Of a stretch of 64,000 nt of DNA, positions 48,191 to 56,187 are shown piece after piece. The translations under genes were made by a program, and so were the position numbers. The notes beneath the pieces are model-generated. The model was not told the origin of the DNA. It made no database searches and was given only the letters and a program-made list of their open reading frames with translations. Positions within the stretch are counted from its first letter, which is position 1. The number at the start of each line of letters is the position of its first letter. Source of the DNA: an uncultured Acidobacteriaceae bacterium (lineage in GTDB: Bacteria > Acidobacteriota > Terriglobia > Terriglobales > Acidobacteriaceae); the NCBI GenBank assembly GCA_964252445.1, contig CAXUND010000002.1, positions 20,803 through 84,802 of the forward strand, read 5' to 3'.

Positions 48191-48658
48191 TTACGACGCG
48201 CGAACCTGCGCGGGGTGCGCGCCGGCCTCCTCCTTGGGGCCAAGCTGTGCAGCTGAGTCAAATGGATCCCGCGCCAGGCTCTGCTTCTTGGGCCCGCGCT
48301 TGCGCGCGAGCAGCATGCGGATGCGCTCCAGCAACTCCAACGGCGCGCCCGCTCCCTTGGGCAGGAAAGCATCTGCGGCATCCGCACGCTCAAACGCTTT
48401 GACCGTCCCGCTGACGATCATCATCGGTAATTCGGGAGCGACCAGCTTCATGCGGCGCACTAACTCATTGCCGTCCATCTGCGGCATCAGCAGGTCACAG
48501 AGCACCAGGTCGATGCCGCCGCCTTCGAGGATCTCAAGCGCCGCGGCAGCTGTGGCGGCTGAGATGACCCGGTAGCCGCGCGTCTCCAGCATGAACTTGC
48601 GAACCGAGAGTACCTGTTCGTTGTCGTCCACCGAGAGGATCACTTTTCTTGGGCGCAT
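48191..48658 (-). CDS. stand-alone response regulator receiver (CheY-like) protein
   Basis: ATG at 48658 preceded by GGAAGGAAA. The REC motifs are ILSVDDNE, DLVLCDLLMPQMDG and a conserved K in LPKG. There is no output domain. Confidence 0.8.
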   Translation of the reverse strand: MRPRKVILSVDDNEQVLSVRKFMLETRGYRVISAATAAAALEILEGGGIDLVLCDLLMPQMDGNELVRRMKLVAPELPMMIVSGTVKAFERADAADAFLPKGAGAPLELLERIRMLLARKRGPKKQSLARDPFDSAAQLGPKEEAGAHPAQVRAS

Positions 48659-48747
48659 GCTTTCCTTCCGCTCCGGCTTGCGGCCGGTGGCCGGTCTGCT
48701 CCGGACACACGACAAGCGTGTGCTCCCCGGATGGGGTTCCGTCGGCC

Positions 48748-48778
48748 GCATCCTGACCGTGCCAGACGGTCAGGATGC
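48748..48778. promoter_or_regulatory. perfect 13-bp inverted repeat (5-nt spacer) 90 nt upstream of the response regulator start
   Basis: GCATCCTGACCGT-GCCAG-ACGGTCAGGATGC. There is no flanking T or A tract, so an operator or structured leader is more likely than a terminator. Confidence 0.5.
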
Positions 48779-48970
48779 GAGAGCAAGGGTTGCCGGCTGA
48801 GGCGTGACTCGAATGCCTCGCCCCTAAAAAGGAAGGAGGGTCCTTGCGTCACATCAGCGATCTTGCTCAGCTTGGGTGTGCTTTGGTTCCTAAAATGATG
48901 CGCGATCCCTGGTCGTGGACTGACGGGTTGATCAACGCCTGCTCAGATTACGGCTGGCGGAGAGATGCTG

Positions 48971-49163
48971 CAATGGCGAAGCTGAAGCGAAATCCCCTCC
49001 ATTTTCCGGATGATTTTCTTAATAAAGGTGCTTCAGCGCTGCCATGCTGCATGGAACCGCGATCCCGTTTGTTGAAAGCATGTGCATCCCTGAAGGAAAA
49101 GGCGTCGCCATGCCGCGGGAACGGTGCTCCCAGGCGCATCCCAGGACAACAATGGCGAAGCTG
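48971..49163 (+). repeat. exact 14-nt direct repeat CAATGGCGAAGCTG (48971-48984 and 49150-49163)
   Basis: Read directly from the sequence. Each copy contains an ATG that opens a small Cys-rich ORF beginning MAKL. Confidence 0.8.
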
Positions 49164-49406
49164 CCATTGACAGGCGACGCTGCCACTCCTATCCTGCCCT
49201 TAGCGATGACGCCCTCCGCCCAGATCGCGCCCGTCGACGCAACTTGCTGTTGCTGTCGGGCGATCTGTATGGTGCGGGCGAGTCTCTAGCAGCTTTCCTG
49301 GAACTCTACCCCGCTCCCCATCGCTGTCTCTCCCGTGAGCCAACTCCGGAAACTCTCCCGCGCTCTACGCATCTCTCTAAGTGACAGAATCATTCGAGGA
49401 CACCTG

Positions 49407-50084
49407 ATGAGCATCGGCACAGAAACGACCCGTTTTCCCCGCATCAACGATCTGGCTCCTGACTTCCAGGCGAAAAGCACCCACGGCGTGATCAAGCTCT
49501 CCGACTACACAAGCAAGGGCAAGTACGTGATGCTCTTCTCGCATCCTTCGGACTTTACCCCGGTATGCACCACTGAGTTCATCGAGTTCGCCAAGCGCCA
49601 GGCAGACTGGGACCGGCTCAATGTGCAGCTCATCGGCGTTTCAATCGACAGCCTGAACTCTCATATCGCCTGGGTGCGCGACATCGAGGAGCATGCCAGG
49701 GTAACCATCGGCTTTCCGGTGATTGCGGATCTTGATCAGAAAGTCGCCGCCGCCTACGGCATGGTTCACGAAGCGGTTTCCGACACCGCCACGGTGCGCG
49801 CCGTCTTCATCATCGATCCCAAGCAGTTGATCCGGGCGATCATCTACTACCCGATGCAGCTGGGGCGGAGCGTGGACGAGCTGGTGCGCGTCTTTGAGGC
49901 GATCCAGGTGGGCGATGCAAATAAGGTCTCCTTGCCGGCGAACTGGCAGCCTGGCGACCAGGTGATTGTGCCTGCTCCGGCGACCACCGAGGACGCGGCC
50001 AAGCGCCTGAACGGCGGCGGAGCGGGCCTGCAGGTGGACACCTGGTACCTGTCGAAGAAGCTGCTGGATCCGGCGGCCAAGTAG
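49407..50084 (+). CDS. peroxiredoxin (1-Cys Prx / Prx6-like)
   Basis: ATG at 49407 preceded by GAGGA. The FSHPSDFTPVCTTE peroxidatic-Cys motif is present. 225 aa. Confidence 0.9.
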   Translation: MSIGTETTRFPRINDLAPDFQAKSTHGVIKLSDYTSKGKYVMLFSHPSDFTPVCTTEFIEFAKRQADWDRLNVQLIGVSIDSLNSHIAWVRDIEEHARVTIGFPVIADLDQKVAAAYGMVHEAVSDTATVRAVFIIDPKQLIRAIIYYPMQLGRSVDELVRVFEAIQVGDANKVSLPANWQPGDQVIVPAPATTEDAAKRLNGGGAGLQVDTWYLSKKLLDPAAK

Positions 50085-50114
50085 AGTCTTTAGTCCGTAC
50101 GCGGTAAAAGCAAC

Positions 50115-50148
50115 GCCCCGCTTACTCCCGGCGGGGCTTTTCTCTTGC
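50115..50148 (+). terminator. rho-independent terminator after the peroxiredoxin gene
   Basis: GCCCCGC (50115-50121) pairs with GCGGGGC (50131-50137), followed by TTTTCTCTT. Confidence 0.6.
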
Positions 50149-50283
50149 AGCCAGGCGGCTCAGGCTTTCCAATACAAGTCTCACCAGGAGACTCCAATCG
50201 CCCACGCCGCCGCCGCCCCGCTCACCGCGCGTCGTCCCCTGCGCCGCCTCGGGCTGCTGCCGCTGGTCGCTGCCACCTACTTC

Positions 50284-51549
50284 ATGGTTTCCGGCGGCCC
50301 TTACGGGATTGAGGACATTCTCGGCGGCGCGGGTTACCTCAAGGCGCTGATCATCCTGCTGGTGCTGCCGTTTATCTGGACGCTGCCCACGACGCTGATG
50401 ATCGGGGAGCTTGCGAGTGCGATTCCTGCTGAGGGCGGCTTCTACGTCTGGGTGCAGCGTGCGCTGGGACCGTTCTGGGGTTACCAGGAGGCGTGGCTCT
50501 CGCTCACGGCTAGTGTCTTTGACATGGCCATCTACCCGACCTTGTTTGTGCTTTACCTGGCGCGGCTGTTCCCGGCGTGGACAACCGGCTGGCGCGGTAC
50601 GGGGTGGGAGCTGGCGCTGGTGGCAGGCTGCTGCCTATGGAACCTGCGCGGCGCCCCCGCGGTTGGCCGCGGAGCCATGGTCATGTTCGTGGCTCTGCTG
50701 TCGCCGTTCGCCATCCTCTCCGGCGTTGCCATCGGCCACGGATGGCTGCACCCGGCTCCGCACGGCCTCTGGACTGCGCCGCCGGCCGGAGGCACCAGCC
50801 TGTCAACCGCCGTCCTGGTCGCAATGTGGAATTACATGGGTTGGGACAACGCCTCAACAGTCGCTGCGGAGGTCGAGAACCCGCCGGTCAACTATCCTCG
50901 CGCGATGCTGATCGCGTCGGCAATCGTGGCGCTTGCCTACATCGTCCCGCTTGCTGCTGTGGCCTACGTCGGCATGCCGCTTGACCAATTTACGACCGGC
51001 GCCTGGGTGGTCGCGGCTGCCGCCATCGTCGGTCCATGGCTGGGCGTGGCCATCGTTGTCGGCGGCATGCTGAACGGGTTGGGCATGTTCAACGCGCTCA
51101 CGCTCTCCTACACGCGCCTGCCGGTGGCGCTCGCCAGGGACGGCATGCTTCCGCCCTGGCTGGCGCTGCGCAACCGGCGCGGAGTGCCTTGGGTCGCGAT
51201 CCTTGCCTGCGGCGCCGCGTGGGCGATGGCGCTGGGCTTCAGCTATGAACGGCTTATCTCGATCGACCTGATGCTCTACGGTTCAAGCCTGGTGCTTGAA
51301 TTCATCGCGCTGATCGTTCTGCGCGTCCGTGAACCGGGCATGGCGCGGCCCTTTCGCATGGGATCGCTGGGGACCGCGAGCTTGCTCTCGGCCATGCCGG
51401 TGATGCTGGTCGGCTACGCGCTGTGGTCAGCGCGCGATGAGCGGCTCGCAGGCATGCCGGCGCTGGTCTTCGGTCTGTTGATCGCCGCACTGGGGCCGGC
51501 CTGCTACTGGATCTCGAGAAGGTACTGGACGCGATCTGACCAGGTCTAG
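50284..51549 (+). CDS. APC superfamily amino acid/polyamine permease (N-terminus probably extends upstream, see findings)
   Basis: About 12 TM segments and an FMVSGGPYGIEDILG TM1-type motif. The first canonical start (ATG 50284) falls inside the predicted TM1. The in-frame upstream sequence reads RRPLRRLGLLPLVAATYF. Confidence 0.8.
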   Translation: MVSGGPYGIEDILGGAGYLKALIILLVLPFIWTLPTTLMIGELASAIPAEGGFYVWVQRALGPFWGYQEAWLSLTASVFDMAIYPTLFVLYLARLFPAWTTGWRGTGWELALVAGCCLWNLRGAPAVGRGAMVMFVALLSPFAILSGVAIGHGWLHPAPHGLWTAPPAGGTSLSTAVLVAMWNYMGWDNASTVAAEVENPPVNYPRAMLIASAIVALAYIVPLAAVAYVGMPLDQFTTGAWVVAAAAIVGPWLGVAIVVGGMLNGLGMFNALTLSYTRLPVALARDGMLPPWLALRNRRGVPWVAILACGAAWAMALGFSYERLISIDLMLYGSSLVLEFIALIVLRVREPGMARPFRMGSLGTASLLSAMPVMLVGYALWSARDERLAGMPALVFGLLIAALGPACYWISRRYWTRSDQV

Positions 51550-52073
51550 CTCTTTCCGGCGCTGAATGCATTCACCGCGGCGACGATCCGCTCGCGCGCA
51601 AATGCCGCATCATGCCAGCCGTGTACTTCGACGCGCTTGCCTTCAAGGTCCTTGTAGATCGAGAAGAAATGCGTGATCTCGCGCAGGATGTGAGCGTAAA
51701 TCTGACGGTAGTCCGTGATCTCGGTGAAGCGCGGGTTCCCCACGTTCACCGCGAGAACTTTCTCATCAAGCGTGCCCTGGTCCAGCATCTCAAGCACCCC
51801 TATGGGCCGCACCTGCGTCAGGCAGCCGACGAAGGTCGGCTCGTCCACCAGCACCAGCACGTCTAGCGGGTCGCCGTCTTCGCTCAGCGTCGAAGGGATA
51901 AAGCCGTAGTCGCCGGGATAGTGCACAGGAGAGTGCAGGTTGCGGTCGAGCCGAAAAACATGCAGCTTCTTGTCATACTCGTACTTGTTGACGCCGTCGC
52001 CCGGGATTTCAATGACCGCGTTGACCACTTCCGGTGACTTATCGCCGACGGGCAATTCCAGGTAGTTGACCAT
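51546..52073 (-). CDS. ppa: inorganic pyrophosphatase (family I)
   Basis: ATG at 52073 preceded by AGGAAG. Motifs NKYEYDK and YPGDYGFIPSTLSEDGDPLDVLVL. Confidence 0.92.
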   Translation of the reverse strand: MVNYLELPVGDKSPEVVNAVIEIPGDGVNKYEYDKKLHVFRLDRNLHSPVHYPGDYGFIPSTLSEDGDPLDVLVLVDEPTFVGCLTQVRPIGVLEMLDQGTLDEKVLAVNVGNPRFTEITDYRQIYAHILREITHFFSIYKDLEGKRVEVHGWHDAAFARERIVAAVNAFSAGKS

Positions 52074-52140
52074 GGATACTTCCTGTTCTGGGGTGAAGGT
52101 GGAGTTGAGATCACCCATACACGGTTTATAATCGGCCACG

Positions 52141-52392
52141 ATGAAGGCCCATGTCTATGTGGTGTCAAAACGCACGGTGCTGGATCCGCAGGGACAGGCG
52201 ATTCACGGCGCGCTCAGGAAGATGCAATATCGCGGCGTCGCGGACGTGCGCCAAGGGAAGTACTTCGTGCTGACCCTTGATGACACACTTGACCCCAAGG
52301 CCGCGGATGCCGAAGTAGAGCGCATTGCGCGCGAAGTGTTGACCAACCCCGTGATCGAGGAGTTCACCTACTCGCTCGAATCCTCCAAGTAG
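52141..52392 (+). CDS. purS: phosphoribosylformylglycinamidine synthase subunit PurS
   Basis: 83 aa with the VLDPQGQAI motif typical of PurS. Confidence 0.9.
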   Translation: MKAHVYVVSKRTVLDPQGQAIHGALRKMQYRGVADVRQGKYFVLTLDDTLDPKAADAEVERIAREVLTNPVIEEFTYSLESSK

Positions 52393-52413
52393 CCTCGCCG
52401 TTACAATCGGGGT

Positions 52414-54276
52414 ATGTGCGGCATTGTTGGCTATGTAGGTCCTGAAGACGTTGTCTCTGTCATCCTTGAAGGTTTGCGCCGGCTGGAATACCGCGGCTAT
52501 GATTCTGCCGGCATTGCTGTCGGCGGTACCGGGCAGGGGCTTGAACTGCGGCGCGCGTCTGGCAAGCTGCGCCATCTTGAACAGTTCGTGCGTGAGCATC
52601 CGATGCACGGGAGCTACGGCATCGGGCACACGCGCTGGGCGACGCACGGGCGGCCTACAGAGGAGAACGCCCACCCCCATCGAGACTGCTCCGGCAAAAT
52701 CGTTGTCGTCCACAACGGCATTATCGAGAACTATCTGAAGCTCAAGCATGAGCTGCAGGCGAAGGGCCACCAGTTTGTCACAGAGACGGATACAGAAGTG
52801 GTGGCGCACCTGATCGAAGAAGAACTGCATGGTGGCGGGCTGCTGGTCGAGGCGGTGCGCCGCTCGGTGAAGCAGCTTACCGGCGCCTTTGCTATCAGCA
52901 CCATCTTCGAGGACGAGCCGAATACCATTGTGGTCGCAAGGATGGGGCCGCCCGCGGTGATCGGCATCGGTGACGGCGAGTATTTTGTCGCGTCCGATGT
53001 CCCGGGAATCCTTCACCACACTCGCAATTTCTACTTTCTCGAAGATGGGGACATCGCCGTGCTGACCCCTGCTGGAGTGGCGCTATCTGACTTCGACGCC
53101 CATCCGGTCACGCGCAAGGTCACGCGCATCGCCTGGGACCCGATCCAGGCGGAAAAGGGCGGTTACAAGCACTTCATGCTCAAGGAAATCTTTGAGCAGC
53201 CGCGCGCGATCCGGGACACCACGCTGGGACGTGTCTCGATGAACACCGGCCGGATATTTCTCAGCGAGATGCAGATCACGGCTGAAGAGTTCAAGGCCGC
53301 CACGCGGCTTAACATAGCCGCCTGCGGAACCAGCTGGCACGCGGCGATCGTGGGCAAATTCATGATTGAGCGCCTGGCGCGACTGCCGGTTGAAGTTGAT
53401 TACGCGAGCGAGTTTCGCTACCGCGATCCTATTCCTAACGCGACCGCACTGGGGCTTCTGGTCACGCAGTCCGGAGAGACGGCGGACACGCTGGCCGCGC
53501 AGCGGGAGATGATCGCCAAAGGGTCGAAGACCATCGCCATCTGCAACGTCGTCGGCGCGGCGGTCGCGCGCGAGGCGCAGGGCGTGGTCTACACCCATGC
53601 GGGGCCGGAGATCGGGGTCGCGTCCACCAAGGCGTTTACCGCGCAGCTGACCGCGATGTTCCTGCTCGCGATGCACCTGGCCCAGGTGCGCGACTCGATC
53701 ACGGACGAGCAGAGCAGGGCGCTGGTGGGCGAGTTGACCTTGCTGCCGGGAAAGATCGAGGAAATCCTGCGCGCCCTTGACTCGCAGTGCGAGGCGCTCG
53801 CGAGGACTTACTGCAATGCGAAGGATTTTCTGTTTCTCGGCCGGGGCATTCACTATCCCATCGCGCTGGAAGGAGCGCTCAAGCTCAAGGAAATCTCCTA
53901 CATCCACGCGGAGGGCTACCCGGCAGGCGAAATGAAGCATGGACCCAACGCGCTGATCGACGAGACGCTGCCCATCGTCGCGCTCGCAACACGGGACAGG
54001 AACGACGCCGGCTCTTCGGTGCGCTACGAGAAGTCGCTGTCGAACATACAGGAAGTGACCGCGCGCTCGGGCAAGGTGATCGCCGTGGCGACGATCGGCG
54101 ATGAAGAGATACGGCAGCTGGTCGATCACGTCCTGCACATCCCGGAAGCTCCGGAACTACTGACGCCGATCCTCGAAGTGGTGCCGCTGCAATTGCTGGC
54201 CTACCATATCGCCGTGCGCCGCGGATGCGACGTCGACCAGCCCCGGAACCTGGCCAAGTCCGTCACGGTCGAGTAA
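52414..54276 (+). CDS. glmS: glutamine--fructose-6-phosphate aminotransferase
   Basis: MCGIVGY N-terminal nucleophile, two SIS domains and a C-terminal KSVTVE. Confidence 0.96.
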   Translation: MCGIVGYVGPEDVVSVILEGLRRLEYRGYDSAGIAVGGTGQGLELRRASGKLRHLEQFVREHPMHGSYGIGHTRWATHGRPTEENAHPHRDCSGKIVVVHNGIIENYLKLKHELQAKGHQFVTETDTEVVAHLIEEELHGGGLLVEAVRRSVKQLTGAFAISTIFEDEPNTIVVARMGPPAVIGIGDGEYFVASDVPGILHHTRNFYFLEDGDIAVLTPAGVALSDFDAHPVTRKVTRIAWDPIQAEKGGYKHFMLKEIFEQPRAIRDTTLGRVSMNTGRIFLSEMQITAEEFKAATRLNIAACGTSWHAAIVGKFMIERLARLPVEVDYASEFRYRDPIPNATALGLLVTQSGETADTLAAQREMIAKGSKTIAICNVVGAAVAREAQGVVYTHAGPEIGVASTKAFTAQLTAMFLLAMHLAQVRDSITDEQSRALVGELTLLPGKIEEILRALDSQCEALARTYCNAKDFLFLGRGIHYPIALEGALKLKEISYIHAEGYPAGEMKHGPNALIDETLPIVALATRDRNDAGSSVRYEKSLSNIQEVTARSGKVIAVATIGDEEIRQLVDHVLHIPEAPELLTPILEVVPLQLLAYHIAVRRGCDVDQPRNLAKSVTVE

Positions 54277-54289
54277 GGGTCGCTCTGCC

Positions 54290-55396
54290 ATGCCGCTGCC
54301 CGGCCTGCCCTCTGAACCGAGTCGCGGCCGCATACCTTCGCTCGATGGCCTGCGGGCGGTTGCGATCCTGCTGGTGATCGGCGTTCACCTCGGGCAGCGG
54401 TATCTCACACTTGCGCAAGCCCGCATCGCAGGCTTGTTTGTCGCCGACGGTGTCGGCATCTTTTTTGTGCTCAGCGGATTCCTGATCACCACGCTGCTGC
54501 TGCGGGAGCATGAGCGCACCGGCGGTATTGCTTTGGGGGCCTTCTATCTCCGCCGCACTCTGCGCATCCTGCCGCCCCTCTACGTGTATCTCGCCGTGGT
54601 GATGCTGCTTTCCGCCGTCCTCCAGTTGCACCAGCGAGGCATCGCCGCCAGCGTGTTCTTCTACCGCAACATGGTAGACCCGCCCCAATCTGCGCTCACC
54701 GAGCATGTCTGGTCGCTCTCGCTTGAGGAGCAGTTCTATCTGCTCTGGCCCTTCGTCTTCGTGCTCGCGCTCAAACGTGGAGGCAGGGGGGCAGCCGCTG
54801 GTCTTGCTGCCGGCCTTATCCTCGCGGCGCCTGTAGTTCGAGTCGGCGTCTGGGCCACCCACCTGCCCATCTTTGCGCATCGCGAAGGCTACTTCCTCTT
54901 TGCCCGCATGGATGCGCTGATGTCCGGCTGCTTGATGGCCATGCTTGTTGGAACACCCCGTTTCGAGCGCCTGTTCACACGCGTTTCGCAGCTATGGTGG
55001 CTGCTGCCTCTCTACTTCTTTCTTCTCTCCGGGCTGTTGAACGCGGCGCTCGGCAACGCCTGGCATCTGACCTTGGGTTTGACGCTCGACAGCCTCACCG
55101 CGGCCTTGTTCATCCTCTGGTGCGCGCGCCACGCTGCCCATCCGGTGGGACGTCTGCTGAATGCACCTCCTATGGTGATGCTCGGCGTGCTCTCCTACAG
55201 TGCGTATCTATGGCAGACACTGTTCACCCATGCCGAGCCGCGGTTAGGCTTCGTCAACGAGCTACCGTGGAGCCTGGGCATGATGCCGCTGGCCGCGTGG
55301 CTCTCCTACACGTTGATTGAACGCCCATCGTTCGCTCTGCGCGGGCGGATAGTAAAACGGCTGTCGCGTGCAGCATGCGCCCGGGAAGTATGCTGA
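54290..55396 (+). CDS. acyltransferase family 3 (OafA-like) membrane protein
   Basis: 368 aa with LDGLRAVAILLVIGVHL and about 10 TM segments. Confidence 0.8.
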   Translation: MPLPGLPSEPSRGRIPSLDGLRAVAILLVIGVHLGQRYLTLAQARIAGLFVADGVGIFFVLSGFLITTLLLREHERTGGIALGAFYLRRTLRILPPLYVYLAVVMLLSAVLQLHQRGIAASVFFYRNMVDPPQSALTEHVWSLSLEEQFYLLWPFVFVLALKRGGRGAAAGLAAGLILAAPVVRVGVWATHLPIFAHREGYFLFARMDALMSGCLMAMLVGTPRFERLFTRVSQLWWLLPLYFFLLSGLLNAALGNAWHLTLGLTLDSLTAALFILWCARHAAHPVGRLLNAPPMVMLGVLSYSAYLWQTLFTHAEPRLGFVNELPWSLGMMPLAAWLSYTLIERPSFALRGRIVKRLSRAACAREVC

Positions 55397-55753
55397 GTGG
55401 ATCGCATCCCAGGCGGCGCGCCTCTGCCTGGCAGAGGTCAAAGCGGCGCCCGTCGGCTATGTGGTCCTACTGTTCCCGATTTACCCGTAGAAGTTGATTC
55501 GAGCGATATGGAAGTTAAACGCATCTACCTGCTGCATCGCTTTCAAGGTACCGGAGTAGGCCGTGCGCTGATGCAGTGGGCGGTCGAGACTGCACGCGCG
55601 ATGGATAAGACACGTCTGCTGCTGGCCGTCTATGCGGGCAATGCCAAAGCTATCGCGTTCTATCAAAGGTATGGATTCAATGAGGTAGGAACGCGTGAGT
55701 TCCGAGTAGGCAATGGTACTTATCACGACCTGGTTCTCGGACTGGAGATATAG
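55356..55753 (+). pseudogene. GNAT N-acetyltransferase remnant, N-terminally truncated and frameshifted
   Basis: One frame reads ..KYAEWIASQAARLCLAEVKAAPVGYVVLLFPIYP then a stop at 55488-55490. The -1 frame continues PVEVDSSDMEVKRIYLLHRFQGTGVGRALM..AIAFYQRYGFNEVG (GNAT motifs A and B). About 60-70 N-terminal residues of a normal GNAT are missing, and the remnant abuts or overlaps the acyltransferase 3' end. Confidence 0.6.
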
Positions 55754-55755
55754 CC

Positions 55756-56187
55756 ATGCGAACACTTTGGATTGCTGCTGTTGCTACCTTCCTCTTTTGC
55801 GCGAAAGCCCAAGCCGGCGGAGTTACAGGCGACTGGATTACACCCGGAACGGCAGCGGTGCGCATTTATCCTTGCGGGACGAACATCTGCCTGCGGCTTA
55901 TCCGGCTCGATCCAAAGCTCCCGGCGACCAGGGATATATACAACCCCGACACCACTTTGCGCAGCCGTCACCTGTGCGGACTGGATATCGGCTTTAATTT
56001 TCGCTCAGGTGCCGGAGACTCCGCATCCGGTGGTAAGTTATATGACCCGCAATCCGGTAAGACTTACAGCGGCAAGATGGTCGCGCAGGGAAATCTTCTT
56101 AAATTGCGAGGATATTATTTGATTCCGCTATTTGGCCGAACCGAGATATGGCATCGCTCGCCGCAGCCAGTCCAGCCCTGCGGCTAA
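55756..56187 (+). CDS. DUF2147 domain secreted protein
   Basis: Signal peptide plus GDWITP..GKLYDPQSGKTYSGKM..LKLRGY, typical of DUF2147. Confidence 0.75.
   Translation: MRTLWIAAVATFLFCAKAQAGGVTGDWITPGTAAVRIYPCGTNICLRLIRLDPKLPATRDIYNPDTTLRSRHLCGLDIGFNFRSGAGDSASGGKLYDPQSGKTYSGKMVAQGNLLKLRGYYLIPLFGRTEIWHRSPQPVQPCG

Noticed and set aside
48844-49170. 108-aa ORF (TTG start) in the response regulator-peroxiredoxin gap as a conventional protein gene
   Set aside because: It has low GC3 relative to neighbouring genes, only 3 nt between SD and start for the TTG, and no recognisable domain. Only the shorter MAKL-initiated ORFs are retained, and only as a hypothesis in the findings.
52393-52413. Possible glmS ribozyme or riboswitch upstream of glmS
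   Set aside because: Only 21 nt separate the purS stop from the glmS start, which is too short for the ribozyme.
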